Shown: positions 1-11,293, numbered from the stretch's first letter. The stretch is DNA of 54,016 nucleotides from Rhodothermales bacterium (GCA_041609895.1 JBFIPX010000003.1:1-54016), one strand, 5' to 3'. Notes: generated by a model not told the origin, from the letters alone. Numbers and translations are program-made.

Positions 1-228
1 GAAGCGCGAGCCGGTTTGGCGGTTGGGATTTTGGCGTAAATAGCCGCCGCATACGGCGACTCGTGGAAGCACTGAACGACCTCGTCGTTACTTGGCAGGC
101 CCACGAGCGTTCGTGATAATCGTGACCGCCCAACCGACGGCCGGTTGAAAGACGCCTATCCCGGTTCCGCGGAGCCGCGGCACGGCCATCGGAAGCCACG
201 GCATCATCCTGTCAGCCCTCTCGCGCCC

Positions 229-1635
229 TCACGAAAGGTAGATTAGCGTCGCCAGAACAAAGAACACGCTGATCCCGATGATGTCATTGCTGACCGTGAT
301 GAACGGTCCTGTTGCGAGGGCCGGATCGATGCCAATCCGGTCGAGAACCAGCGGTACGGTTGCGCCGATAGTCGTTGCGAGTACGATCACGATCACAAGT
401 GAAAGGCCCGCAGTAAACGCCAGGACCGACGTCGACGGAGCATCCATGAGCAGCAGTACGGCGGCAGCCAGCGCGACGGCAAGCGCCAATCCGTTAATGA
501 TTGCGACGAGCAACTCCTTGCCGATTCGCCTCAAAAGATCGCTGGTCCAGACGTCGCCTGACGCCAGCCCCTGCACAGCGATCGCTGAACTCTGGATCCC
601 TGCGTTTCCCGCTGTGGACTGGACGATTGGAATAAACGAGGCCAATACCACGGCCTGCTGTAACGTCTGATCAAAGTACGCGATGATCGAGGCCGAGATG
701 CCGGCACCGAAGAGCCCCGTAAGCAGCCAGGGCAGCCGACCACGCGAAACGCGAACGACCGAATCGGTGTGTTCCTCGCCTCCCGCCACACCAACCATTC
801 GCTGGATATCCTCTTCCGCCTCGTCACGAATGACGTCGACGATGTCATCGATCGTGATTCGGCCGATCACACGCTTGAGTTCGTCGATCACGGGAAGCGA
901 AACGCGATCATATCGCTCCATGATGCGAGCCACCTCTTCCTGGTCGAGGGCGGCCAGAACGGACAGGTCGTCGGTATCAAGAACATCGCCCATTCGGGCC
1001 TCCGGCTTGGACAGCAGCAGCCTCTTCAACGACACGCCACCTACCAGAGCCTGGTCCGCATCAACCACGAACACGGCATAGATGGGCTCAACGTGCTCGG
1101 CCTGGCGCCGAACCTCCTCGGTCGCCTGTTCGACTGTCCAGTCCGCCGGCACCGCGACAAACTCGGTGCCCATAATGCCGCCAGCGCTCTCCTCATCGTA
1201 GGCAAGAAGCTCGGTGAGCTCTTCCTTGGCCTCTAGTGCAGGGAGCACCTCCTCGACGACCTCGGCCGGCAGGTCCGCGAGCACGTCAGCCGCGTCATCG
1301 GTAGGCATCTCGTCCAACAGAGCGCTAATGCGCTCGGACCGAACCTCCTCGAGCAGAATGGCGCGAAAATCATCCTCCAGCTCGGGAAGAACCTCACCGC
1401 CCTGCTCAGTAGACAGCCAATGGAAAAGCGTGCGCGCTCGGTCTGACGGCAGGTGCTCCAGAAGGCGGCCGAGATCGGCGGCATGCAGGTCGGTCACAAG
1501 ATTGAGGACCATGCCGCGCTGACCCTCCTCTACGAGTGCCTGGACATTGTCCGCAAGCTCACCGTCCACCTCAATCTGCGAGGGAACGATCTGCGCCACT
1601 GCATCTCCTTCCGTTATGTTCTTGTCCGGCTCCAT
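229..1635 (-). CDS. mgtE: Magnesium transporter MgtE
   Basis: Acidic N-terminal domain, tandem CBS domains, then five TM helices with RLPWL, AGNAG and ATGPFITVSNDI motifs. Confidence 0.95.
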   Translation of the reverse strand: MEPDKNITEGDAVAQIVPSQIEVDGELADNVQALVEEGQRGMVLNLVTDLHAADLGRLLEHLPSDRARTLFHWLSTEQGGEVLPELEDDFRAILLEEVRSERISALLDEMPTDDAADVLADLPAEVVEEVLPALEAKEELTELLAYDEESAGGIMGTEFVAVPADWTVEQATEEVRRQAEHVEPIYAVFVVDADQALVGGVSLKRLLLSKPEARMGDVLDTDDLSVLAALDQEEVARIMERYDRVSLPVIDELKRVIGRITIDDIVDVIRDEAEEDIQRMVGVAGGEEHTDSVVRVSRGRLPWLLTGLFGAGISASIIAYFDQTLQQAVVLASFIPIVQSTAGNAGIQSSAIAVQGLASGDVWTSDLLRRIGKELLVAIINGLALAVALAAAVLLLMDAPSTSVLAFTAGLSLVIVIVLATTIGATVPLVLDRIGIDPALATGPFITVSNDIIGISVFFVLATLIYLS

Positions 1636-1668
1636 GCAATCCGTTCGTCGAGGGTAGACCGATGCAAA

Positions 1669-2442
1669 TCAGCGCGTAAGATAGCGTGTCAACGCTACAA
1701 ACTCTTCGGGCGCCAGTTCCTCGGCGCGCTTCGATGACCATTGCTCCGGCAACTCGACGCCCATCTCTAGCGTGATGCTCTTCAGGCTATTGCGGAGTGT
1801 CTTCCGACGCTGGTTGAATGCCGTCCGTATCACGCGTTGCAGCTGCCCTTTGTAGCGAACGCGTCTATCCACATCGGCGAAGGCCAACCGAACCACCGCG
1901 CTGGTGACCGACGGCCTCGGCCGGAACACGTTCGCAGACACGCGAAACAGGAGTTCGGGCTTCGAAACAAGCTGCGCAGCGACGCTGAGGATGCCATACT
2001 GCTTTGTACGAGGCACTCCGACGAGTCGCTGGGCGACCTCAAGCTGCATCATAACCACGGCCTCGGCGAGGTATTGAGCGGACTCGAAGAGATCGAAGAG
2101 GATAGGACTCGATATGTTGTACGGGAGATTGCCGATGACATGCAGCGGCCTCCCCTTATCGGCCGCAATACTGGACCAGTCGACCTTCAACACGTCCATG
2201 GTTCGAAGTACGAGGTTGGGGTGTTCGGCGCGCAGATGATCGGCTGCCCGTTCATCGATTTCAATCGCAGTGATGTCACGATGCCGCTCGACCAGGAAAC
2301 CTGTTAGCGCCCCCAGCCCCGGACCGATCTCAACGACCGCGTCGTTCTCGCCTGCCTGAAGTGACTCTACGATTTTGCGGGCCGTATTCGGATCAACAAG
2401 GAAGTGCTGGCCGAGCGATTTCTTGGGTGGAACTTCGGGCAT
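1669..2442 (-). CDS. rsmA: 16S rRNA m6,2A1518/1519 dimethyltransferase RsmA/KsgA
   Basis: KKSLGQHFL, EIGPGLGALT, GNLPYNIS and AFNQRRKTLRN motifs. Confidence 0.97.
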   Translation of the reverse strand: MPEVPPKKSLGQHFLVDPNTARKIVESLQAGENDAVVEIGPGLGALTGFLVERHRDITAIEIDERAADHLRAEHPNLVLRTMDVLKVDWSSIAADKGRPLHVIGNLPYNISSPILFDLFESAQYLAEAVVMMQLEVAQRLVGVPRTKQYGILSVAAQLVSKPELLFRVSANVFRPRPSVTSAVVRLAFADVDRRVRYKGQLQRVIRTAFNQRRKTLRNSLKSITLEMGVELPEQWSSKRAEELAPEEFVALTRYLTR

Positions 2443-2474
2443 TCGGGACCTGCCTGCCGGCGGCTACTCGCTCA

Positions 2475-3566
2475 TCAGCGTACGCGGCGACGGCGATTGC
2501 GTACGTAGTCCTCGAAAATGAACGATCCGAGATTGTCGAGTGACGCGTAATACGCCCTGCCCTGATTCGCCTCCGTCAGTTTGTGGACGAACTGCTGGAG
2601 GTACGGGTCGCGCGCAACCATGAACGTAGTAATCGTGATGCGCTCGCGTCTGCACCGCGTCGCCTCATCCAGCACCCTGTTTACGATACGCCGATCAAGG
2701 CCGAAGGCGTTACGATACATACGGCCATATTCAATGTGGCAACTGGGCTTGCCATCTGTGATCATGAAGACTTGCTTGTTGCGATTCTTGCGCCGGCGCA
2801 GGATATCTCGCGCGCGCTCCAAGCCCGCTCGCGTGTTCGTATAGTAGGGCCCGACCTGTAGGTAAGGGAGATCCGCCACCGATACCTCCCAGGCATCGTT
2901 CCCGAAGGCGACGATGTCCAGCGTGTCTTTCGGGTAGCGCGTCATGATCAATTCCGAAAGAGCAAGTGCGGTCTTCCGAGCAGGCGTAATTCGATCCTCA
3001 CCATAGAGGACCATCGAGTGCGAAAGATCGATCATCAAGACGGTCGCCACGCTGGTCTGATGATCCGTCTCATAGACCTGAAAATCATCTTCAGCGAGAC
3101 TCCACTCCCCGGTACCGCATCGATGAAACGCGTTCGACAACGTTCCCGTGAGATCCAGCTGGTTTACATCGTCCCCGAACTGCCAGGGGCGGGTTTCCGG
3201 CTGCCTCTCATCCCCGGCGCCTGAGAAGGGCGTCTTGTGCCTTCCACGCTTTCCCTTGCGCAGTGATCGGAAGATTTCTTCCAACGACCGCTGGCGCAGC
3301 GTTCGTTCGGTACGTGCCGTGATCTGAACAACTGCATCAACATCCTCCGTGAGATAGCCCTGCTTCTTGAGCTCCTCTATGAAGTCGCCTATGCCCATAC
3401 CGTCCCGTGTGATGTCGTGTTGCTCGTCGAGCGCCGTCAACCATCGCAAAGCCTCACCCGCATCTCCCGCCGTGTATTCAAGCAGCTGAAGAAAGAGATC
3501 GAGAAGCTGCTGGAACTCTGACGCCGCCCCTTGACGCGCCTGCCATTCGGAATAGACGAACTTCAT
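2475..3566 (-). CDS. VWA-domain protein with MIDAS site
   Basis: DLSHSM (DxSxS), YTNT and MITDG MIDAS motifs after a helical N-terminal region. Confidence 0.85.
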   Translation of the reverse strand: MKFVYSEWQARQGAASEFQQLLDLFLQLLEYTAGDAGEALRWLTALDEQHDITRDGMGIGDFIEELKKQGYLTEDVDAVVQITARTERTLRQRSLEEIFRSLRKGKRGRHKTPFSGAGDERQPETRPWQFGDDVNQLDLTGTLSNAFHRCGTGEWSLAEDDFQVYETDHQTSVATVLMIDLSHSMVLYGEDRITPARKTALALSELIMTRYPKDTLDIVAFGNDAWEVSVADLPYLQVGPYYTNTRAGLERARDILRRRKNRNKQVFMITDGKPSCHIEYGRMYRNAFGLDRRIVNRVLDEATRCRRERITITTFMVARDPYLQQFVHKLTEANQGRAYYASLDNLGSFIFEDYVRNRRRRVR

Positions 3567-3571
3567 ATGTC

Positions 3572-4762
3572 CTATCCGCGGTACGGTCTCTTGAGGTATC
3601 GTTCGGCGTTCTCGCGCGATCGTGCGTGCTCCTTCATCTTAAGGACCTCGCGATACCGGGCAGTCGCCGTCTGGCGCCTGCCCATCGCGTCGTATGCCAT
3701 CCCCTGCCTGAGTCGTCCCATCACCTTGAAGTACGAATCGTCGTTATTGCGTGCCGCGAGCGCCTCGAGCTGGTGCAGATACGTAAGCGCAGATTCGAAG
3801 TCGCGCTTGCTCATCTCGCGTCGGGCAAGATAGTATAGCGACTGCTCTGCAAGGGCGGCGTTGTAACCCGTCTGACCCTGCTTGAAGAGTTCGACGATCT
3901 CACGAAAGATCTCTTCCGATCGATCCCAGCGGTTCCAGCGGGCGTATACGCGCCCCTCGAGACCATGAAAGAACGCATTTCGCGGATATTGCTCGCGCAG
4001 CCACGTTACGTGCCGTACGCATTCGTCGAAGTCAAGCTCGTACAGGTAGTTGATTTGCAGAAGAAAGTAGGCGGCCTCCGCCTTGATAAAGTGGCCGTTT
4101 TCTGCCGTGTGTTTCATCTCGGCCAGACCACGCTCCCGATCGCCTTTTGGGAAGAAGACCATCACCGGCTTAACGAAAGGGTGCTTCTCCGGGACGACCG
4201 CCGCGAAATAATCGTAGATGCCTTTGCCAAAAGAGAAGTCCGGATTCTGCTTCTCCAGCTCTGGTACTCCCAATACATAGTCCATCGCCTTCTTTCCGTC
4301 CATCGCCGCCTTGAACCAGTCCCCACGATTGGATCGCAGGCGACCCCGAAAACCGAGTGCCGCGCCCTTAAAGAACATCGCATCGACATCCTTCTCGTCG
4401 CGCTTCAGCAACCGGTCAGAGCGCTCAATGACCTCGTCCATCGCCGAATAGAAAGCCTGATCGTGGCTCGTGTCCTGGATATCGAGAAGGATCTCCCACC
4501 AGGTGGTGAGGGATTTCATGAACGGGCCGATGGGATGACCGGGATACCTGGTATCGATTTGGTCGAACGCCGCCCGCGCCCGGTCAAACTCCAGGTTGTA
4601 CAGATGGTCGAGACCTGTCTTGCCAACGTCCCGCACATACGGATCTGACAGTACCGACGAGGACCCGTCCGCCTGTGCCCATACCGTGGGCGAGTGACCG
4701 ATGACTAACACCGTACCGGCAATTAGCCCAAGTGTCATCAAAATGTCTGATTTCCTGATCAT
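3572..4762 (-). CDS. Secreted TPR-like helical repeat protein
   Basis: Signal peptide ending VWA-Q; A/G/Y/L-spaced helical repeats (e.g. LRQGMAYDAMGRRQTATARYREVL). Confidence 0.75.
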   Translation of the reverse strand: MIRKSDILMTLGLIAGTVLVIGHSPTVWAQADGSSSVLSDPYVRDVGKTGLDHLYNLEFDRARAAFDQIDTRYPGHPIGPFMKSLTTWWEILLDIQDTSHDQAFYSAMDEVIERSDRLLKRDEKDVDAMFFKGAALGFRGRLRSNRGDWFKAAMDGKKAMDYVLGVPELEKQNPDFSFGKGIYDYFAAVVPEKHPFVKPVMVFFPKGDRERGLAEMKHTAENGHFIKAEAAYFLLQINYLYELDFDECVRHVTWLREQYPRNAFFHGLEGRVYARWNRWDRSEEIFREIVELFKQGQTGYNAALAEQSLYYLARREMSKRDFESALTYLHQLEALAARNNDDSYFKVMGRLRQGMAYDAMGRRQTATARYREVLKMKEHARSRENAERYLKRPYRG

Positions 4763-4915
4763 GTGTGTCCCGCGTGCTGATCGAACGAATTAAAAGGACC
4801 CCTTGGTGCGGTGTTCCTACTGTTTCGGGCACTACTCCTTTCAATGCAAAAAGGGCACCGCATCCGCGGTACCCTTGCATATTGGCTTCCTGATTTGAAA
4901 CGTTTCGGCTGGTCC

Positions 4916-5503
4916 CTAGTCGGCTCTGAACGTTCGCGTGCCGGTATAGACCATGCCGAGCAGGAGGACCTTGAGAATGTCAACGGGAATGAAGCGTAGC
5001 CATCCTTTGTCAATCGATTCGATCCACGTTTCGTGACCGGCCGCAAAATGCAGCCAGAGTACTCCGAGAGAGAACAAACACACCGATCCCGCAGCCATCG
5101 AAAGGACGCTGCCAGTGAGGCTATTCCATCTCTTTGACACGGCGCCTACCACGGCCGCTGCAACGGGAAACCCGAACAGATAACCTGCCGAGGCAGCTCC
5201 GAGGAGGTACGCGGGTCCATAGCCGTCCCCGGCATATACAGGAAATAACAGTCCGAGGGTAAGATACAGCAGTTGCGACACCATGCCGTTCCGCCAGCCG
5301 AGGTAGAGGCCGCTTCCGTAGACGGCAACGGTCTGAAGAGTGAACGGCACCTCCCAAAGATAAATCCGAACCTGTGCGCCGAGCACGGTCAGTAGGCAGA
5401 ACGTCACGATGCCTGCGATCTGAAGGCTCGCCGAAGCCCGATCCTGATGAAGCTGATCGATAGCGGCCCTTCGCGGCACGCTCAAGGTGGTGAGGTTCGT
5501 CAT
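4916..5503 (-). CDS. bioY: Biotin transporter BioY (no ECF A/T partner genes in the window)
   Basis: VPFTLQT, LYLTLG.LFPV, GYLFGF and FIPVDILK motifs; multi-TM. Confidence 0.9.
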   Translation of the reverse strand: MTNLTTLSVPRRAAIDQLHQDRASASLQIAGIVTFCLLTVLGAQVRIYLWEVPFTLQTVAVYGSGLYLGWRNGMVSQLLYLTLGLLFPVYAGDGYGPAYLLGAASAGYLFGFPVAAAVVGAVSKRWNSLTGSVLSMAAGSVCLFSLGVLWLHFAAGHETWIESIDKGWLRFIPVDILKVLLLGMVYTGTRTFRAD

Positions 5504-5593
5504 TCCGGGTAAGAAGCTGGTCCTGACTGATGAACGATGGCCGTAAGGCCGCCGTTATAATAAGGAATTCGCTACATGATCCCGGACGCCGGC

Positions 5594-6217
5594 TTACGGA
5601 TTTTCGTAGTATCTCTTCGGGGGCCAAACCGCACCATCGTCCATGCCGTGGCCCGTTTCCCTGTCGAACCGGAGGTTGAGTTCGGTCTGCTGCGCGGATA
5701 TCTCCTCTACCGTTGCCTTGGCCTGGCTGTCGAGCATGGCGCAGTCATCAGCCCGCATTCCTGTGAGCGCTTGATAGAGTTGCGTTGTCGACTCGTCCAC
5801 AATACGGTAGTGCTCACCTTCGTGGGTTATGAGTTTGTCCAGAAACGCGTCCCATGCTCTTTGCAACCGCTCGGGACTCTCATCCCGCTGTACCCATTGA
5901 GGAAGGAGCATCACCACGTCCGTTCGAACTCCTACATTTTCGAGTTTGCAGTAGGCGCCCCGCTCTACGCGTCTATAAGAGAAGCCGGTTTGCGAGGTTG
6001 TGGTCGCGTAGAAAAGTGCTTCATCAGATCGCGGACCGTTATCCTGCAGAGACTGCGAAATCTCTCTGACGCTTGTTCCGTTAACAGTGTAGTACTGGTA
6101 TGAAATGTTGACCCGAACACCGGGGCGAACTGCCGTGGACGTTCGATTCTGAGCTGCGGTGGGATGCGTCGGAAACGCAAGAATGAGGAAGGCGAATCCG
6201 ATCGCAAGTCGCATCAT
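5594..6217 (-). CDS. DUF922-like secreted putative Zn-dependent protease
   Basis: Signal peptide; [17 protein letters not shown] (HExxH), C...Q..FD.ET.HG pattern; start overlaps the metH stop. Confidence 0.8.
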   Translation of the reverse strand: MMRLAIGFAFLILAFPTHPTAAQNRTSTAVRPGVRVNISYQYYTVNGTSVREISQSLQDNGPRSDEALFYATTTSQTGFSYRRVERGAYCKLENVGVRTDVVMLLPQWVQRDESPERLQRAWDAFLDKLITHEGEHYRIVDESTTQLYQALTGMRADDCAMLDSQAKATVEEISAQQTELNLRFDRETGHGMDDGAVWPPKRYYENP

Positions 6218-9200
6218 ATGGCAGCCGGAGGAGCGTCTAAGGGTTCTCGAAGGGGTTCGTAGGCGAGACGTGGCGCCAGCCAGCGCTCCATCTCGGTTAG
6301 TTCGACGCCTTTGCGTCGCGCGTAGTCGATCAACTGGTCCTTTTGCAGCTTACCGACGTTGAAGTAATCGGCATTTGGATGTGCGAAATAAAGTCCGCAC
6401 ACGGACGCAGCCGGATACATGGCGAGGCTCTCCGTAAGTGAGATGCCAGCAACCTCTTCGACATCCAGGAGCCGCCAAATCGTTAGCTTCTCTGTGTGGT
6501 CGGGCTGAGCCGGATATCCCGGTGCCGGCCGAATGCCGCGGTACTTCTCGCGAATCAGATCTTCGTTCGTTAGTTGTTCGTTACGCGAGTAGCCCCACAG
6601 CTCACGCCGGACTCGCTCGTGCAGCCACTCTGCAAAGGCCTCTGCCAACCGATCTGCCAGCGACTTGACCATAATCGCAGCATAGTCGTCAAGCTCAGCC
6701 TCGAATTGCTCTACGAGCGCTGCAATGCCATGGCCAGCCGTAACGGCAAAGGCCCCGATAAAATCGGAGACGCCCGACTCTCGCGGCGCTACAAAATCGG
6801 CCAGCGCTCGATTCGGTCTGCCGGTGGTCTTCCTCGACTGCTGTCGCAAGGTGTGAAGCCGCGCCACCTCGCCCGACATGCTTGCGTCTGAGAAGACGAT
6901 GATGTCGTCGCCCACTGAGCACGCGGGAAACAGGCCGGCAACGCCACGCGGCACGACAGACGGTTCTGACGCCATGACGTCGAGGTACTTCTCGGCGTCG
7001 CCCAGAAGTCGCCTTGCCTCGGCGCCGGCGCGTTCATCCTTAAGCACCCCTGGATACTTGCCCGGGATTTCCCAGGCCTGAAGAAACGGGGTCCAGTCTA
7101 TGAACTCCCTCAGATGTCCGACGGTAACGTGCTCGATGGGATGTACGCCAAGCTCGGCCGGAGGCGTGATTGGAACAGACTGCCAGTCGCACGTGAACCT
7201 GTTGTCACGAGCCTCGGAGATGGACAGGTATACGCGACCACCCTCCCGATCAGCAAAACGCTTCCGGACGTCCGAGTAGTCCGCATTGACTCCGTCGACA
7301 AAGGAACCTCGCTGTTCGGCCGAAACAAGGCTGCTGACCGTAGAAACGCCACGTGAGGCGTCGAGAACGTGCACGACCGGCTTCGAATACTCAGGCGCGA
7401 TCTTGACGGCTGTATGCACCTTGGATGTAGTCGCGCCGCCAATCAGCAGCGGCTGCGTGAACCCCTCGCGCTCGAGTTCACGCGCAACGTGAACCATCTC
7501 GTCGAGTGACGGCGTGATGAGACCACTAAGCCCGATCACATCCACATCGTGTTCGCGGGCCTCTCGCAGGATGCGGTCACTCGGAACCATAACTCCGAGG
7601 TCAACGATGTCAAAGTTGTTACACCCGAGAACGACCCCGACGATGTTCTTGCCAATGTCGTGAACATCGCCCTTGACGGTCGCCAAAAGCACCCGGGTCC
7701 GTTTCTTCTGCTCGACCCCGTCGAGAGCGGTCTCTCGCTCGATGATGGGCGTCAGGTACGCCACCGCCTTCTTCATGACACGTGCGCTCTTGACTACCTG
7801 TGGCAAGAACATCTTGCCTTGCCCGAACAGATCGCCGACGACGTTCATCCCATCCATGAGCGGGCCCTCGATCACGTCGATGGCGCGACCCAGCTCCTGG
7901 TGGGCTTCGGCCACGTCATCCTCGACGTAGTCGACAATTCCTTTGACCAGAGCATGCTTGAGCCGCTCCCGCACCGGCGCAGCGCGCCACTCGTGGACCT
8001 TCTCGTCACCAGACTGTTCTACCGATGCGACGGTCTCGGCGAACGACACGAGACGCTCGGTGGCGTCTGGCCGACGGTCGAAGAGAACATCCTCAATCAG
8101 CTCCCGCAGTTCTGCATCGATCTCCTCGTACACCTCGAGTTGACCTGCATTGACGATTCCCATGTCCATGCCAGCCTGTATGGCGTGGTAGAGAAAGGCT
8201 GCGTGCATCGCCTCGCGCACGCGATCGTTGCCGCGAAATGAAAATGACAGATTGCTCACGCCACCGGACACATGCGCATGAGGCAAATTCTCCTTGATCC
8301 AGCGCGCCGCCTCGATAAAGTCGATGGCGTATCGATTGTGTTCGGGAATACCGGTCGCGACAGCGAAAATGTTAGGATCGAAGATGATGTCTTGCGCCGG
8401 AAATCCTTCTTCAACCAGGATGTCATATGCCCTTTTGCAGATCTGAATCCGACGCTCTAGTGAGTCAGCCTGTCCCTGCTCGTCGAAAGCCATTACAATC
8501 ACGGCGGCCCCATAGGCACGAGCCGTCCTCGCATGGTCACGAAACACATGTTCGCCTTCCTTTAGGCTGATCGAATTAACGACCGGCTTTCCCTGGACGC
8601 ATTTGAGGCCCGCCTCAATCACTGACCATTTCGACGAGTCGATTACAGTCGGGACCTTCGATATGTCGGGTTCGGATGCGATCAGCTGCAGAAAGCGTGT
8701 CATCGCTTGCTCAGAGTCGAGCAGCCCTTCGTCCATGTTGACGTCGATCATCTGCGCGCCGTTTTCAACCTGTTGCGCGGCTACGGAAAGCGCCTCCTCG
8801 TAGTCATCCTCCTTGATGAGTCGTGCGAAACGCCGTGAACCCGTCACATTGGTACGCTCGCCGATGTTGACGAAGTTGAGATCAGGTCGGAATTCGAGCG
8901 TCTCGAGACCGCTAACCCGCAACCTTACCGGTGGCTCGGCGAACTGGCGAGGTGCGAGACCGAACACGGCGTCCGCCATCGCTCTAATGTGGTCCGGTGT
9001 CGTGCCGCAACAGCCGCCTACGATGTTCACGAAACCATCAGCCGCGTACTGCCGGATCTGATCAGCCATGAACTCGGGCGTCTCGTCGTATCCGCCGAAC
9101 TCGTTGGGCAGACCGGCATTCGGATACAAGCTGGTAGCAATAGGAGCCTCTACGGAAATCTCCTCGATGAAGGGGCGCATCTGCGACGACCCCAGTGCAC

Positions 9201-9939
9201 AGTTAAGGCCTACACTCAGCAGGTCCGGCATATGCGACACCGAAACCCAGAACGCCGATGGGACCTGTCCGGACAGCGTACGGCCACTGAGGTCCACGAT
9301 GGTGCCGGACACCATAACAGGAATGCGCGTCGATTTCTCACGCAACAGTTGCTGGATCGCGAACAGGGCGGCCTTGCAGTTGAGCGTATCGAACACCGTC
9401 TCGACCAGGAGTATGTCCGAACCGCCGTCCAGAAGGCCTCGCGCCTGGTCGCGGTAAGAGGCGGCCATCTGATCGAAACTCACGTCCCGAAACCCGGGAT
9501 CATTGACGTCTGGCGAGATCGAGAGTGTCTTATTGGTCGGGCCAAGCGCTCCCGCGACGAAGCAACGCCTGCCCGTTTCGGCAAAGTGCTCGTCGACTGC
9601 CTGCCGCGCGATGCGCGCGGACGCGACGTTGAGTTCGTAGGCGAGAGATTCCAGGCCGTAATCGGCTTGTGAAATCGCGGTCGCCGAAAACGTGTTGGTT
9701 TCAATGATCTCGGATCCAGCCGCCAGATACGCTGCATGGATCTCCCGAATCATGTCGGGCTGGACCAGGCTCAGCAGGTCGTTGTTGCCCTTCAGGTTGG
9801 ACTCGTGATCCCGAAATCGATCACCCCGAAAATCATCCTCAGCCAGACGGTAGCGCTGGATCATGGTGCCCATTGCACCATCCATCACGAGGATGGACTC
9901 TGCAATTCGGCGATCAAGTGTGCGGCGAATTTCTTTCAT
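6214..9939 (-). CDS. metH: Cobalamin-dependent methionine synthase
   Basis: [42 protein letters not shown] (B12-binding) and RPAPGYPA; 1241 aa. Confidence 0.98.
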   Translation of the reverse strand: MKEIRRTLDRRIAESILVMDGAMGTMIQRYRLAEDDFRGDRFRDHESNLKGNNDLLSLVQPDMIREIHAAYLAAGSEIIETNTFSATAISQADYGLESLAYELNVASARIARQAVDEHFAETGRRCFVAGALGPTNKTLSISPDVNDPGFRDVSFDQMAASYRDQARGLLDGGSDILLVETVFDTLNCKAALFAIQQLLREKSTRIPVMVSGTIVDLSGRTLSGQVPSAFWVSVSHMPDLLSVGLNCALGSSQMRPFIEEISVEAPIATSLYPNAGLPNEFGGYDETPEFMADQIRQYAADGFVNIVGGCCGTTPDHIRAMADAVFGLAPRQFAEPPVRLRVSGLETLEFRPDLNFVNIGERTNVTGSRRFARLIKEDDYEEALSVAAQQVENGAQMIDVNMDEGLLDSEQAMTRFLQLIASEPDISKVPTVIDSSKWSVIEAGLKCVQGKPVVNSISLKEGEHVFRDHARTARAYGAAVIVMAFDEQGQADSLERRIQICKRAYDILVEEGFPAQDIIFDPNIFAVATGIPEHNRYAIDFIEAARWIKENLPHAHVSGGVSNLSFSFRGNDRVREAMHAAFLYHAIQAGMDMGIVNAGQLEVYEEIDAELRELIEDVLFDRRPDATERLVSFAETVASVEQSGDEKVHEWRAAPVRERLKHALVKGIVDYVEDDVAEAHQELGRAIDVIEGPLMDGMNVVGDLFGQGKMFLPQVVKSARVMKKAVAYLTPIIERETALDGVEQKKRTRVLLATVKGDVHDIGKNIVGVVLGCNNFDIVDLGVMVPSDRILREAREHDVDVIGLSGLITPSLDEMVHVARELEREGFTQPLLIGGATTSKVHTAVKIAPEYSKPVVHVLDASRGVSTVSSLVSAEQRGSFVDGVNADYSDVRKRFADREGGRVYLSISEARDNRFTCDWQSVPITPPAELGVHPIEHVTVGHLREFIDWTPFLQAWEIPGKYPGVLKDERAGAEARRLLGDAEKYLDVMASEPSVVPRGVAGLFPACSVGDDIIVFSDASMSGEVARLHTLRQQSRKTTGRPNRALADFVAPRESGVSDFIGAFAVTAGHGIAALVEQFEAELDDYAAIMVKSLADRLAEAFAEWLHERVRRELWGYSRNEQLTNEDLIREKYRGIRPAPGYPAQPDHTEKLTIWRLLDVEEVAGISLTESLAMYPAASVCGLYFAHPNADYFNVGKLQKDQLIDYARRKGVELTEMERWLAPRLAYEPLREPLDAPPAAI

Positions 9940-10706
9940 GACGTAGTGAGAAACCCCATCACAGTGTCCGCAAATTCGTTCGGTGACTCAGCGTGAACCC
10001 AGTGGCCGGCTCCTTCAATTGTGACGAACTCCGCATTGGAAAACAGAAGGCGAATTCCTTCCTCATCGGACTGAAGTAGATAGTCTGACTTCCCTCCCCG
10101 CACAAACAACGCCGGACCGGCAAACTCTCCCGTTGCGGTTACGGGACCTGCGATCTCATCGTAAGACCGCTCAATAGCTGCGAGGTTCACAAGCCATGAG
10201 TACCCGTCTTCGGGAGAGTACCTGAGGTTCTTCAACAGAAACTGTCGGACCGGAAGCGACGGTATGTCTCGCTTCAGCGCTTCGTCAATTTCCGAGCGGC
10301 TGTCGTACGTGGCCGGGTCCAGTGACTGAAGGGCACGTATGATGTACTCATGCCTATTCTCATACGCCTTGGGAGCTACATCTACGACCACCAACCGATT
10401 CAGCCGATCAGGCTCGGACAGTGCGAGCTGCATCGCGACCTTGCCCCCCATTGAGTGGCCAAGGAGGTTGACCGAGGACAGTTCGAGGTCGTCCATCAAT
10501 TCCATCACGTCCTCACTCATTGCCTCATAGTCCATCCTTGCATCGTGAGGAGACTGACCATGATTACGAAGATCTACGGTTATGACGGTAGCAATGTCGC
10601 TGAACCGATTCCTCGCGAGCGTATGCCAATTACCGCCGGCTCCCAGCAATCCATGGAGGATTACGAGAGGGTCGCCCTCACCATATTGTTTATAGAAGAG
10701 TTTCAC
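9936..10706 (-). CDS. Alpha/beta-fold hydrolase, YbfF-like esterase
   Basis: LHGLLG, DLRNHG, GHSMGG nucleophile elbow and AGHWVHAE. Confidence 0.9.
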   Translation of the reverse strand: MKLFYKQYGEGDPLVILHGLLGAGGNWHTLARNRFSDIATVITVDLRNHGQSPHDARMDYEAMSEDVMELMDDLELSSVNLLGHSMGGKVAMQLALSEPDRLNRLVVVDVAPKAYENRHEYIIRALQSLDPATYDSRSEIDEALKRDIPSLPVRQFLLKNLRYSPEDGYSWLVNLAAIERSYDEIAGPVTATGEFAGPALFVRGGKSDYLLQSDEEGIRLLFSNAEFVTIEGAGHWVHAESPNEFADTVMGFLTTS

Positions 10707-10800
10707 TTCACGGCTGCCGAAGGAGCGGCGTGGTTCAGAACGTAGGGACAGTTCGCTGGAAGTACTTAGTGCCCAGGCGATGATCCTGTTTCACCTGGGC

Positions 10801-10830
10801 AAAAAAAAAGCGGCGAGCCGGGCCCGCCGC
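10801..10830 (-). terminator. Rho-independent terminator of mscL
   Basis: Minus strand GCGGCGGGC-CCG-GCTCGCCGC followed by T9, about 20 nt after the mscL stop. Confidence 0.85.
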
Positions 10831-10852
10831 TTTCTCTCTTTGCTCCAGATCA

Positions 10853-11293
10853 TCAGGCTCTCTGCGCAAGGAGGTCGCGGATCTCTCCGAGAAGCTTCTC
10901 CTCGTTCGATACTTCTGGCGGCGGCGGTGGAGCGGCCTCTTCTTCGGCCTTCTTTGCCTCCATCATCTTGTTCATATTCTTCACGATGAGGAACAGAACG
11001 AACGCAACGATGAGAAAGGCGATTACGGCGTTGATGAACAGTCCATATCCGACGGCGACAGCACCTGCCTCGCGGGCCGCTTCGATGGATGTGAACATCT
11101 GATCCGTCGGGTTCTTCAGTACGACAAAAAGGTTGCTGAAGTCCGGCGTGCCAATGATGCCGGAAACGAGTGGCATGAGGACGTCGTCGACGAGTGACTT
11201 CACCACGGTGCCAAATGCGGCGCCGATGATGATGCCAACTGCCATGTCGACCATGTTGCCCTTCATGGCAAACTCTTTGAATTCCTTTAACAT
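10853..11293 (-). CDS. mscL: Large-conductance mechanosensitive channel MscL
   Basis: MLKEFKEFAMKGNMVDMAVGIIIGAAF and LL.EIRDLL; start moved to ATG 11293. Confidence 0.97.
   Translation of the reverse strand: MLKEFKEFAMKGNMVDMAVGIIIGAAFGTVVKSLVDDVLMPLVSGIIGTPDFSNLFVVLKNPTDQMFTSIEAAREAGAVAVGYGLFINAVIAFLIVAFVLFLIVKNMNKMMEAKKAEEEAAPPPPPEVSNEEKLLGEIRDLLAQRA

Noticed and set aside
1-228. Possible gene end on + (EARAGLAVGILA*) or a short ORF on -
   Set aside because: Too short, truncated by the window edge, and without a motif.
1636-1668. Mg-sensing riboswitch upstream of mgtE
   Set aside because: Only 33 nt separate rsmA and mgtE, leaving no room.
7549-9672. Long + strand ORFs (230 and 227 aa) opposite metH
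   Set aside because: Antisense shadow frames expected from GC-rich codon bias; no protein-like motifs.
10707-10852. SAM or cobalamin riboswitch for the metH operon
   Set aside because: No SAM-I core or B12-box consensus seen; only two simple hairpins.
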